Under the pieces are notes generated by a model, which ran no database searches, had not been told where the DNA came from, and saw only the letters and a program-made list of their open reading frames with translations. A stretch of DNA of 50,886 nt from Pseudomonadota bacterium (GTDB lineage Bacteria > Bdellovibrionota_G > JALEGL01 > DATDPG01): assembly GCA_043804515.1 (NCBI GenBank), contig JAZDIZ010000196.1:1-50886 (forward strand), in the 5' to 3' direction. Shown one piece after another: positions 1 to 8,472 of this stretch. A program made the position numbers and the translations under genes. Position 1 is the stretch's first letter, and every line of letters begins with the position of its first letter.

Positions 1-407
1 TCCTTCCCTCCCGGAGACGAAAGATCGCGCAGCGAACCGACCCGGCCTTCGGCCAAGCGTATGTCCAAAGTCATGGGTGGGTGCGCTCCGACCGAGTCCC
101 GGTACGATCGAAACCCCACCTCCATCCCGGACGAGGTTTTAAACCATTGGCCGGAGCCCGCCGGCCCTTTCTTCACTTCTTGATATCCGAGCCGTCCCAG
201 ATACGCCCGAAAGTCCTTCTCCGAAAACGGCACGCCCGGGTACAAGGTCCCGGCCGCCGCGTAGATCCTGGACGGAAGCTTCCACCTTTGCCCCCCCATC
301 CTGCTCGTCACCAGGTGCGCGGCATGCAACGCGTAGGCCACCACGCTCACGACCAGAACGATCGCGAACCAGAAAGCCACCCGCCTGGAAAATCGCTTCT
401 TCTTCAC
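1..407 (-). CDS. mrcB: Penicillin-binding protein 1B, N-terminal part (runs off the window edge)
   Basis: Not in the ORF track. Manual translation from GTG 407 gives MKKKRFSRRVAFWFAIVLVVSVVAYALH (basic stretch plus TM helix), then GGQRWKLPSRIYAAAGTLYPG...LGRLGYQEV, which resembles the PBP1B segment leading into the UB2H domain. Frame is open to position 1. Confidence 0.7.
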   Translation of the reverse strand, partial: MKKKRFSRRVAFWFAIVLVVSVVAYALHAAHLVTSRMGGQRWKLPSRIYAAAGTLYPGVPFSEKDFRAYLGRLGYQEVKKGPAGSGQWFKTSSGMEVGFRSYRDSVGAHPPMTLDIRLAEGRVGSLRDLSSPGGK

Positions 408-439
408 AGAATTCCGATCCCGGTTACAATCGGGCCGCT

Positions 440-1222
440 TTGAGAGACCGTGTGTTCCATGCCTACCATTTGGCTGACCGCCTTAAACTTACCGCGGTTC
501 TCAAACTTTTTTCAGAAAAACCCTTCCGGGCTTCCGGTACCGAGGTCGCCTACCGTTTCGGGAAAAATCAATACCTCATTATTTACAATTTCGGGTCGAT
601 CGTCCTCTTCGACGTGGATCCGGTCAAGGAGCAGCAGGCACTGGCCATTCTCGAGCAATTCGCTGGATCCAGGACGGAGATCCTGCCCCACGAGGAGTTT
701 TCCCTGGCGGAGGGAAAATCGTCCTCCGTGGATTTTCACCGCGTCGTCGTGGACGAGATCACGTATGAAAAAGTCCAGATCGTGGCGCTCGTCCTGGCCC
801 AATCCACGGCCCTGGATTCGTATGAAACGCTCGTAGACGCGGTTTTGGACAAATCGGGAGCGTTTACCGAACTTTTGGAACGGGAAGGCAGGATCGGCAG
901 AAAGGTCACGGAACTGAAAAAATTCATCGGCTTCTGCCTCAACACCAAACAGAAGGTCATCAGTTCCACATACCTCCTGGATACTCCCGATCCCACGTGG
1001 GACAACCCGGCGCTCGAGACGCTCCACAAACAAATGACCGACATGTTCGAGATCCGCGATCGGTTCCGAACGTTGGAGTACAAGTTGAGAACGATCCAGG
1101 ACATGTTGGAAATTCTCTCGGATCTCGCCCAATCCCAGCGGACGCTGTACCTGGAAATCGCGATCGTGGCCTTGATCACATTCGAGATCGTGATGTCCTT
1201 GTACTTAAATTTCCTTCGTTAG
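440..1222 (+). CDS. RMD1/DUF155 (YagE-like) family protein
   Basis: Motifs YNFGSIVLF, LAQSTALDSYE, FEIRDRFRTLEYKL and a C-terminal TM helix LEIAIVALITFEI. Confidence 0.8.
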   Translation: MRDRVFHAYHLADRLKLTAVLKLFSEKPFRASGTEVAYRFGKNQYLIIYNFGSIVLFDVDPVKEQQALAILEQFAGSRTEILPHEEFSLAEGKSSSVDFHRVVVDEITYEKVQIVALVLAQSTALDSYETLVDAVLDKSGAFTELLEREGRIGRKVTELKKFIGFCLNTKQKVISSTYLLDTPDPTWDNPALETLHKQMTDMFEIRDRFRTLEYKLRTIQDMLEILSDLAQSQRTLYLEIAIVALITFEIVMSLYLNFLR

Positions 1223-1268
1223 AGCACAGTGCGCCATAATTCGGCTCCTTTTCAGAAGCCGTCACAAT

Positions 1269-1323
1269 TAACTTGTTGAAATCAATTGATTTTTTGTGGG
1301 GGTTGATTGGAACGGTGGTTGCT
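1269..1323 (+). promoter_or_regulatory. Putative sigma-54 promoter with upstream IHF-like site
   Basis: TGGAACG-GTGG-TTGCT at 1308-1323 (GG-N10-GC). TAACTTGTTGAAA at 1269-1281 is the reverse complement of TTTCAA-N4-TTA. Confidence 0.6.
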
Positions 1324-1341
1324 ATGGTAAAAGGATAGCCG

Positions 1342-1800
1342 ATGCGCAAGTCCCAACGAGCCCACGAACGCCTCCCCATCAACGCCCCCGTTGAATACGA
1401 GGGGTTTGAGCGCTTTCATCCGGACCGGATTTCCAACATCAGCGCCGGAGGAGCCTACATCGTGACGGCGAAGCCGCTTCCGATCAACAAGCTCGTAACG
1501 CTCACCTTTTCCCTACCCGATCTCCCCAACAGCCGGATTCGCGCCACCGGCACCGTCGTATGGACGCCTCAGACCTCTTCCGGAACAGGTGCTCGGCATC
1601 CGATGGGAATGGGGATCGAGTTCGATGACTCCAACCGCGATCTTCTGCGTCTCCTGGACCAGTACGTCACGGTCAGCTCGGGGCTTCGTTCGGTCGACAC
1701 CAGGATCGGCTTCGAGTTGCCGGCCCACCTCCGTTCCGCGCTCTCGACCCGGAACGGAATCTCTCCGACCGTGGACGTCCCCGACACTTGGACGATCTAA
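1342..1800 (+). CDS. PilZ-domain (c-di-GMP-binding) protein
   Basis: RxxxR (RAHER) and NxSxGG (NISAGG) motifs; GMGIEF near the end of the domain. Confidence 0.85.
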   Translation: MRKSQRAHERLPINAPVEYEGFERFHPDRISNISAGGAYIVTAKPLPINKLVTLTFSLPDLPNSRIRATGTVVWTPQTSSGTGARHPMGMGIEFDDSNRDLLRLLDQYVTVSSGLRSVDTRIGFELPAHLRSALSTRNGISPTVDVPDTWTI

Positions 1801-2306
1801 AATCACCGGTGATTTGGAGCGGAGGTCAGACTGGCGTGGACCGCGCCGCGTGGGATGCCGCCATTGACTCCGGCTTGAAACAGACCGGCTGGGTCCCGAA
1901 AGGCCGTCAAGCGGAGGACGGCGTGATTCCCGATCGGTACGAGGCAAGAGAGACGGATCGTCCCGATTACGTCGGGCGGACGGAGCGGAATCTCCGCGAG
2001 GCCGATTGCACGCTGATCGTTTCATTCGGCCCTCCACAAGGCGGCACTCTCTTCACGATGCAGATGTGCCGGAAATACCGGAGGCCTCACATCGCGATCG
2101 ACCTGGAATTAATGCAACCGGAAGAAGCTCGAAAAAGAGCCTTGGAGTTCCTCCGCCGGCAAAACCCCTCCTCCATCAACGTCGCTGGCCCTCGCGGAAG
2201 TTTCCGGCCCGATGTGTACCCGCGCGCCTATGAATTTCTGAAGGCCCTATTCGACGACCTGCGGAAATTGGGGACACGTACGAATTTCACAGGCCCGCGG
2301 AACTGA
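1788..2306 (+). CDS. Putative molybdenum-cofactor carrier / SLOG family protein
   Basis: SGGQTGVDRAA, GWVPKGRQAEDG, RTERN, GGT and NVAGPRGS motifs. Confidence 0.85.
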   Translation: MDDLKSPVIWSGGQTGVDRAAWDAAIDSGLKQTGWVPKGRQAEDGVIPDRYEARETDRPDYVGRTERNLREADCTLIVSFGPPQGGTLFTMQMCRKYRRPHIAIDLELMQPEEARKRALEFLRRQNPSSINVAGPRGSFRPDVYPRAYEFLKALFDDLRKLGTRTNFTGPRN

Positions 2307-2330
2307 ACTGCTTTATGAGGCTAAATTTGT

Positions 2331-2374
2331 TACCAATTTTCTAATTGGTACGTGTCCCCAATTGGCTCTATAAG
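2331..2374 (+). promoter_or_regulatory. nadA promoter with overlapping palindromic operator candidate
   Basis: TACCAATT-TTCT-AATTGGTA at 2331-2350; TTGGTA-18 bp-TATAAG ends 6 nt before ATG 2381. Confidence 0.45.
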
Positions 2375-2380
2375 CGATCC

Positions 2381-3382
2381 ATGGCCTTGGAGTTGAATTA
2401 CATCCAGCCCGTTCCTGCGCCGCTCACTCCTGATGAAAAGAAGCGGGAGGACGAGCTTGTATCCGAGATCCAGGAACTGAAGCGGAAGAAAAACGCCTAC
2501 ATTCTCTGCCATAACTATCAGCAACCGGGCGTTCACCGCGTAGCGGACCAGGTGGGCGATTCATACGGCCTCTCCGTAGCCGCCAAGAAAACTCAGGCCG
2601 ATATCATCGTGTTCTGCGGAGTCCGGTTCATGGCCGAAACCGCCCACATTCTGAACCCGACAAAGAAAGTGCTTCTCCCCGAGGAGATGGCGGGCTGCGG
2701 TTTGGCCAACACGATCACGGGCCGCGACATCAGGGTCCTGCGCAAGGAACACCCTGAAGCCAAGATCGTCATGTACATCAACTGCTCGGCGGAGGTGAAG
2801 GCCGAGTCCGACGCGATCTGCACGAGTTCCAACGCGCTTCACATCGTGGATTCGATCGAGGGAGACACGGTGGTCTTCGGGCCCGACGCCAACCTGGCCC
2901 ACTTCATCAGGCCGAAGACCAGGAAGAAACTGATCACGTGGGAGGGCTATTGCCCCGTTCACAAGGCCGTCACGCGCGAGATGTTGGAAAAGACGCTGGA
3001 GCTCTTCCCCGATGCTGTGGTGATCGTCCACCCCGAGTGCAATCCGGATGTCGTGGAATTGGCGGACGAGGTTCTCTCCACAAGCCAGATGATCGACGTG
3101 ATCGGAAAGCGCCGCGAAAAACGCTTCGTCGTGGGAACTGAAATCGGCCTCATCCAGAAAGCCCAGCAGCTCTATCCCGAAAAGGAGATTCATCCGATCT
3201 ACCAGCACAAGAGCTGTGACCAGGCCTGCGCCTGTCCCTATATGAAAATCACGACGCTCGACAGCGTCTTAAGGTCGCTCCGGACGGAGACCCACGTCAT
3301 CACGCTGCCCGAAGAGATCCGTGTGCGGGCGCTACGCTCGGTGAACCGGATGTTGGAACTGGGGCTTCCTAAGAAGTCGTAA
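2381..3382 (+). CDS. nadA: Quinolinate synthase NadA
   Basis: HNYQ, GDSY, FCGVRFMAET, CTSSNA, HPEC and the three Fe-S cysteines (AGC, YCPVH, CPYMK). Start moved to ATG 2381. Confidence 0.95.
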   Translation: MALELNYIQPVPAPLTPDEKKREDELVSEIQELKRKKNAYILCHNYQQPGVHRVADQVGDSYGLSVAAKKTQADIIVFCGVRFMAETAHILNPTKKVLLPEEMAGCGLANTITGRDIRVLRKEHPEAKIVMYINCSAEVKAESDAICTSSNALHIVDSIEGDTVVFGPDANLAHFIRPKTRKKLITWEGYCPVHKAVTREMLEKTLELFPDAVVIVHPECNPDVVELADEVLSTSQMIDVIGKRREKRFVVGTEIGLIQKAQQLYPEKEIHPIYQHKSCDQACACPYMKITTLDSVLRSLRTETHVITLPEEIRVRALRSVNRMLELGLPKKS

Positions 3383-4910
3383 CCGGATTCGAACGAAGAC
3401 AAATGGGAGCCGGCGGCTCCAGAAGATCCTCGCGCAACAATCGCCCGAAATCGGGGGCCGCAAACGTCTTCTTGTCCGGATTCAGGAGACCGTGGGGATC
3501 GAACGCTGCGCGTACCGCCTTGAAGAGGTGCCCAAGCCCGCTCCACTGCCGCCCCGCGAATTTCCCCCGAAGGAGGCCGTCACCGTGCTCGCCCGCGATG
3601 GAGCCACCGAGCCGCAAGAGAAGCGAATACGCGTCTTCCATCAGACTCTCCAACCGCCGGGGAAGATGCGCAGCTCTCAAGTTCACCATGGGATTGACGT
3701 GAATGTGAGCGTCACCCGCGTGGCCGAAGACCGCGCCGTCGCAGTCATGCCGGAGGAGAATCTCACGAAGCTCGGCTACATACGCCCCGAGATGAGGTGC
3801 CGGGACGACGCCGTCCTCAATGCAGCGAAGGGGGCGCCGGGACCCTCCCGCCTCCTGCAAGGCCTTGGACGCCCGGGAACGAAGGTGCCACAGATGCTCT
3901 TGTTCCTGGGATCCCTTCAAAGTCACGGCATGCGAGGAAAGGGTTATGTCGGGGGCCTGCCCCTCCCACTCCACCCAAAGTGAGGCCTCGGCGGTTCCAA
4001 GAGCGAGCCGATCGGATATCCCCGCATCCAGACCCGCCAACGCATGAAGAATGTATTGATCTACAAGTTCGATCGCCGCAGGCCGGCTGGAGCGCAGAGC
4101 TGGAACCGCGGCCAAAGCGTCTTCCATGCTCTCAAAAGCGAATACAACCGTGGACGTAACGGCCGGGACCGGAATCGTTCTGAGTGTGATCTCGCTCACG
4201 AGGGCCAGCGTGCCCTCCGATCCGACGACGAGCCCCGTGTAATCGGGACGCTTCGACAGAAGCGACGCCAAGGCATATCCGCTCGAGTTCTTGGCCGTCT
4301 CCGGCTGGGCCGCCCGGATCTCGCTCCCGGATTTTCGGATCTCCTCGGTCAGAGTTTGAAAGCGCTCCGGCATTTCATCACTCTCGAGCGCGGTACCGTC
4401 GGCCAAGACGGCGCGAAGCCGGGCTACATGGCAGCGCGTATCTCCGTGCTTGAAGGCGTGCGGCCCCGAGGCGTTGTTTCCGACCATGCCGCCTACGGTG
4501 CACGAGGCCCTGCTGGACGGGTCCGGGGCGATCCTTCTTCCTTTTTGCGCCAGGACGGAATTTACGTGATCCAAGACGACGCCCGGTTGCACGATCACGT
4601 GATCGCCTGAGACGTCCAAAATCCCGTTCATGTACCTCGTGAAATCCAGGACGATTCCCGGACCGATCGCCTGGCCGGCCACCGACGTACCGCCACCCCG
4701 GGCCGTGAGCGGAACTCTGAAATGCCCGGCGATTTCCACGGTGGATTGGACATCCCGCTCATCGCGCGGCGCCACGATCACGCGTGGGACGATCCGGAAT
4801 ATGGATTCGTCCTTGGAGTACTTGGCCCGGTCTTCCTCCGACGCGAGGACATTCCCCCGAAGTTGCGCGCTAAGCTCGCGGGTGAGGCCATCAACTACGC
4901 TTTGGGACAT
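3369..4910 (-). CDS. FAD-linked oxidase (GlcD / D-lactate dehydrogenase family)
   Basis: RGGGTSVAGQ, PDPSS, GGMVGNNASG, GSEGTL, GHAGDAHIH, GEHGDG and FDPHGLLNP. Start placed at ATG 4910, just after the nuoB stop. Confidence 0.87.
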   Translation of the reverse strand: MSQSVVDGLTRELSAQLRGNVLASEEDRAKYSKDESIFRIVPRVIVAPRDERDVQSTVEIAGHFRVPLTARGGGTSVAGQAIGPGIVLDFTRYMNGILDVSGDHVIVQPGVVLDHVNSVLAQKGRRIAPDPSSRASCTVGGMVGNNASGPHAFKHGDTRCHVARLRAVLADGTALESDEMPERFQTLTEEIRKSGSEIRAAQPETAKNSSGYALASLLSKRPDYTGLVVGSEGTLALVSEITLRTIPVPAVTSTVVFAFESMEDALAAVPALRSSRPAAIELVDQYILHALAGLDAGISDRLALGTAEASLWVEWEGQAPDITLSSHAVTLKGSQEQEHLWHLRSRASKALQEAGGSRRPLRCIEDGVVPAPHLGAYVAELREILLRHDCDGAVFGHAGDAHIHVNPMVNLRAAHLPRRLESLMEDAYSLLLRLGGSIAGEHGDGLLRGKFAGRQWSGLGHLFKAVRAAFDPHGLLNPDKKTFAAPDFGRLLREDLLEPPAPICLRSNPVTTS

Positions 4911-4917
4911 GGGGGTC

Positions 4918-5424
4918 CTACGCGACGATCGGCGCCGACGCCTCCGGCTTTCGGACCAGGAATTTTTCCCGTTTGATCTTTTCCGCAAGCATCAGCAGCC
5001 CTTCGGTCAGCGCTTCCGGCCGAGGCGGGCAACCCGGAATGTAGATATCGACCGGCACGATCTTATCAACACCCTTCATGACCGAATACGCCAGGGAGAA
5101 AAGTCCACCGCACGTGGCGCAGCTCCCCATCGAAATAACGTACTTCGGCTCGGGCATCTGGTCATAGAGCAGCTTGAGCCGGATTCCCATTTTGTACGTG
5201 AGCGTCCCCGCCACGATCATGACGTCGGATTGGCGCGGCGTCGCCCGGGGGATCGCGCCGAAGCGGTCGATGTCGGCGCGCGGGCCGCCGGTTTGCATGA
5301 GTTCGATGGCGCAGCAGGCCAGGCCGAACAGGAGATACCACTGCGAGTTGGCCCGGGCCCAGTTCAACAGGTCGTCCACGCGGGTCGTGAAGAAGTTCCC
5401 GCCCATTTGACCGTACAGACTCAT
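4918..5424 (-). CDS. nuoB: NADH-quinone oxidoreductase subunit B (stand-alone copy)
   Basis: [28 protein letters not shown] and PGCPPRPE (N2 cluster ligands). Confidence 0.93.
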   Translation of the reverse strand: MSLYGQMGGNFFTTRVDDLLNWARANSQWYLLFGLACCAIELMQTGGPRADIDRFGAIPRATPRQSDVMIVAGTLTYKMGIRLKLLYDQMPEPKYVISMGSCATCGGLFSLAYSVMKGVDKIVPVDIYIPGCPPRPEALTEGLLMLAEKIKREKFLVRKPEASAPIVA

Positions 5425-5469
5425 TAGAAGGCGTTTTGTATCAGTGCGGGGGGAAAAATTCCATCCCCC

Positions 5470-6552
5470 TCAGCGGGCGGTCGCCGGCGAACCGTTCTTC
5501 GCCTTTTTGCGCGAATCCTCGTTCTCCGCAAGGATCGGGACGCGCGGGCGGTCCGCCTTCCCGATCGCGCGCAGGAAATCGGTCTCCAACTGGTCCTCCA
5601 GTTCATGGACCTGCCATGGTTCCAGGTCCGGGATGTAGATCCTTCCGCCGGCGATCAAGCCGTGCCCTCCCCCGGCCCCGCGCTCTTTCACCAGCCGTTT
5701 CATGACCCGCCCCGCGTTGGCACGGATGTATGTAGTCCGAATCGAGAGGTAGATCGCGCCTTTGTACTCCCCCAGACAGAACGCCCAAACGGCCCCGCGG
5801 TGCCGAAGCATGAGGTCCGCGATTTCGGGGATCATGTCGGGGTTGTCGACGGCGCCCACCCTCGTGACGATCGCGTTCCCGACAAAACCGGCGTTCTGAA
5901 TCGCGTTCAGGAGCCAACGATAGTAGTTCGGAGGCACGCGGGAATGGACGATCTTGGCGAGGAGTTTCTTGTTCGCGATGGGAAAGAGGCGGATGTACTG
6001 GTCCACGTCGACCTGGCTCGCTTCCCGCCCCAGATCCTGCGTTTCCGACTTGATGCCGTACAGAAGCGCCGTGGCCAGGTTGCGGTCCACATCCAGGCCG
6101 AAATACTGCAGGTACTCCGCCAGGATCGTGGCCGTGGCCCCGTAGTCACTCTTGATGTCCACGTACGGGACTTTCTTCGTGGGCGCGATCATCGGATGAT
6201 GATCGATCACCAGGTCCGGAATCCTCCGCCCGTCCAGAGAGTTGTTGCCCGTCCGCGGTTGCGTATCCACCAGTGCGATCTTCGAGAACTGCTCGGAGTC
6301 CACCTTCTCGATGGGTTTGATCTTGAGCCTAAGGTACTGCACCATGTGCGCGTTTTCAGCCCGGCCGATGATGCCTCCGTAGGCAATCGTTGTTTTCGCC
6401 GTGCCGAGGACCGACGCGATTTCCTGAAGGGCAGCAGCGCTTGAAATGGAATCCGGGTCCGGGTTGTCGTGCGTGATGATCAGAAGCGTGTCGCCACGCT
6501 TGAACTCATCAAAAAAACGGTCCAGGACCGTTCGATCCGTTGTCTCTTCCAT
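5470..6552 (-). CDS. DHH/DHHA1 family phosphoesterase (NrnA-like)
   Basis: HDNPDPD, VDT, IDHH and GGGH motifs. Confidence 0.87.
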   Translation of the reverse strand: MEETTDRTVLDRFFDEFKRGDTLLIITHDNPDPDSISSAAALQEIASVLGTAKTTIAYGGIIGRAENAHMVQYLRLKIKPIEKVDSEQFSKIALVDTQPRTGNNSLDGRRIPDLVIDHHPMIAPTKKVPYVDIKSDYGATATILAEYLQYFGLDVDRNLATALLYGIKSETQDLGREASQVDVDQYIRLFPIANKKLLAKIVHSRVPPNYYRWLLNAIQNAGFVGNAIVTRVGAVDNPDMIPEIADLMLRHRGAVWAFCLGEYKGAIYLSIRTTYIRANAGRVMKRLVKERGAGGGHGLIAGGRIYIPDLEPWQVHELEDQLETDFLRAIGKADRPRVPILAENEDSRKKAKNGSPATAR

Positions 6553-6796
6553 ATGGTACCCGCCGAATAAGGCGCCATTCTATAGGTGGTTTTTCGTTCT
6601 TCGCAAGGAATGGTGAACAAAGATTTATTTAATGCAATATTAAGTAGTTACGGGCAATTCTTTAATGTAATAGATTATATCAATGGGTGCTGTGGGGTCT
6701 GGTGATTTGACGCTAGGTACCTGGTACTTTTCTCATGCCAAGTATGTTTTTGGCCTCGTCAGCGGCGCGAATTGCCATTAAGAATAACGCCTTTCT

Positions 6797-8455
6797 ATGA
6801 GTGACACTGATCGAGAAACCCTGGAAGTAGACGTTCTCTTCGTCGGTGGCGGCCCGTCCAGCCTTGCGGGGGCGATCCGCCTGGCGCAAAAGGCCCAAGC
6901 CGCCGGGATCGAAATGCCCCAAATCGCGGTGATCGAGAAAGGGGCCGAGATCGGAAACCACCAGATGTCGGGGGCCTTGATCCAGCCCGGGCCGCTCCAG
7001 GAACTTCTTCCGGATTTCCTAGCGAAAGGCTGCCCCGTGGAATCGGAAGTGACGTCCGAGGCCGTTCATTTCCTGACCCGCTCACGGAGCCTCAAGTTTC
7101 CTATCCTGCCGCCCCAGATGCACAACCACGGGAACTACGTCGTCTCTCTCGCCAAAGTCACCAGGTGGCTGGGGGAGCAAGCGGCAGCCCTCGGCATCAA
7201 CCTGTTCACCGGCTTCGCCGGGACGGAAGTGTTGTACGAGGGGGACCGCGTCGCGGGTGTCCGGACGGGCGACAAGGGGATCGATGCCAAGGGACAGCGG
7301 AAGGGAAACTTCGAACCCGGCGTCGATCTCCGCGCCACGTGCACGGTTTTCGGCGAAGGCGTGCGCGGCTATCTCACGAAACAACTCGTTCCTCGCCTGA
7401 AGCTCGGCGAACGGAAGAATTCGCCCACGTTCGAAACGGGCGTCAAGGAAGTGTGGGAATGTCCTGCCGGGCGGATCAAACCCGGGATGGTGATCCATAC
7501 GATGGGCTATCCCCTCTCGCCCGACACGGCGGGAGGTTCATTTCTCTATGGAATGAAGGACAACCTTCTGGTCGTGGGTATTGTCGTGAGCCTCGACTAC
7601 GAGGACCCGTTTCTCGAGCCGTACGCCGAACTCCAGAAGCTCAAACAGCATCCCCTCGTCGCCAAGCTGATCGAAGGGGGGAAACCGGTGGCGTACGGCG
7701 CCAAGGCCATCGCCTCCGGAGGCTATCATTCCATTCCGCGTCTCTATTTCAACGGCGGAATGATCATCGGGGAATCGGGCCAACTGCTCGACATGTCCAG
7801 GCTCAAGGGCGTCCATGTCGGAATGCGCTCGGGAATGATCGCGGCGGACGTGATTTTCGAGAATCTGAAGGAGAAACGGGATTTCTCAGCCTCCAATCTG
7901 AAGCCTTATCAGGAGCGCCTGATGGTTTCGGACGTGGGCCGGGATCTCCACGGGGCGCGGAACTTCCATTGGGCGCTGACGCGCGGGATGCCCTGGTCTT
8001 TCATCCATCTCGGCCTGCAGCAGATCACGGCCGGCAGGGGTTTGATCGATGGCGCACGGACCAAGCGCGATCTTCTGCACTACGAGACCGTGGAACGGCG
8101 GTACGGCCGGAAGGATGTCCCGCTTCCCCAGATGAAGGACCGGTTGAACTATGTCGAGAAACTGACGGCCGTGTTCAACGCGGGGACGCTGCACGAGGAG
8201 AACCAGCCAGCTCACCTCAAGATCCACGACACGAACCGTTGTTACAAGGAATGCATCGAGGAGTACCGTTTCCCCTGCAACCGCTTTTGCCCGGCCGGCG
8301 TTTACGAAATGTTGAACGAGGCCGGAACGTGGCGGTTTCAGATCAACTTCACGAACTGCGTCCACTGCCAAACGTGCGACATCAAGTGCCCCAAGGACAA
8401 CATCCTGTGGACTCCGCCCGAAGGCGGCGGAGGCCCGCGGTACGCAATTCTCTAG
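6797..8455 (+). CDS. Electron transfer flavoprotein-quinone oxidoreductase
   Basis: GGGPSSL FAD motif, EKGAEIGNH, GVKEVWE and the C-terminal 4Fe-4S region CPAGVYE...NCVHCQTCDIKCP...WTPPEGGGGPRY. Confidence 0.93.
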   Translation: MSDTDRETLEVDVLFVGGGPSSLAGAIRLAQKAQAAGIEMPQIAVIEKGAEIGNHQMSGALIQPGPLQELLPDFLAKGCPVESEVTSEAVHFLTRSRSLKFPILPPQMHNHGNYVVSLAKVTRWLGEQAAALGINLFTGFAGTEVLYEGDRVAGVRTGDKGIDAKGQRKGNFEPGVDLRATCTVFGEGVRGYLTKQLVPRLKLGERKNSPTFETGVKEVWECPAGRIKPGMVIHTMGYPLSPDTAGGSFLYGMKDNLLVVGIVVSLDYEDPFLEPYAELQKLKQHPLVAKLIEGGKPVAYGAKAIASGGYHSIPRLYFNGGMIIGESGQLLDMSRLKGVHVGMRSGMIAADVIFENLKEKRDFSASNLKPYQERLMVSDVGRDLHGARNFHWALTRGMPWSFIHLGLQQITAGRGLIDGARTKRDLLHYETVERRYGRKDVPLPQMKDRLNYVEKLTAVFNAGTLHEENQPAHLKIHDTNRCYKECIEEYRFPCNRFCPAGVYEMLNEAGTWRFQINFTNCVHCQTCDIKCPKDNILWTPPEGGGGPRYAIL

Positions 8456-8472
8456 GCCTGGAGAGTAAGGGG

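Noticed and set aside
81-443. 120-aa plus-strand ORF in the track
   Set aside because: It is antisense to the PBP1B-like N-terminus read on the minus strand and has no recognisable motif.
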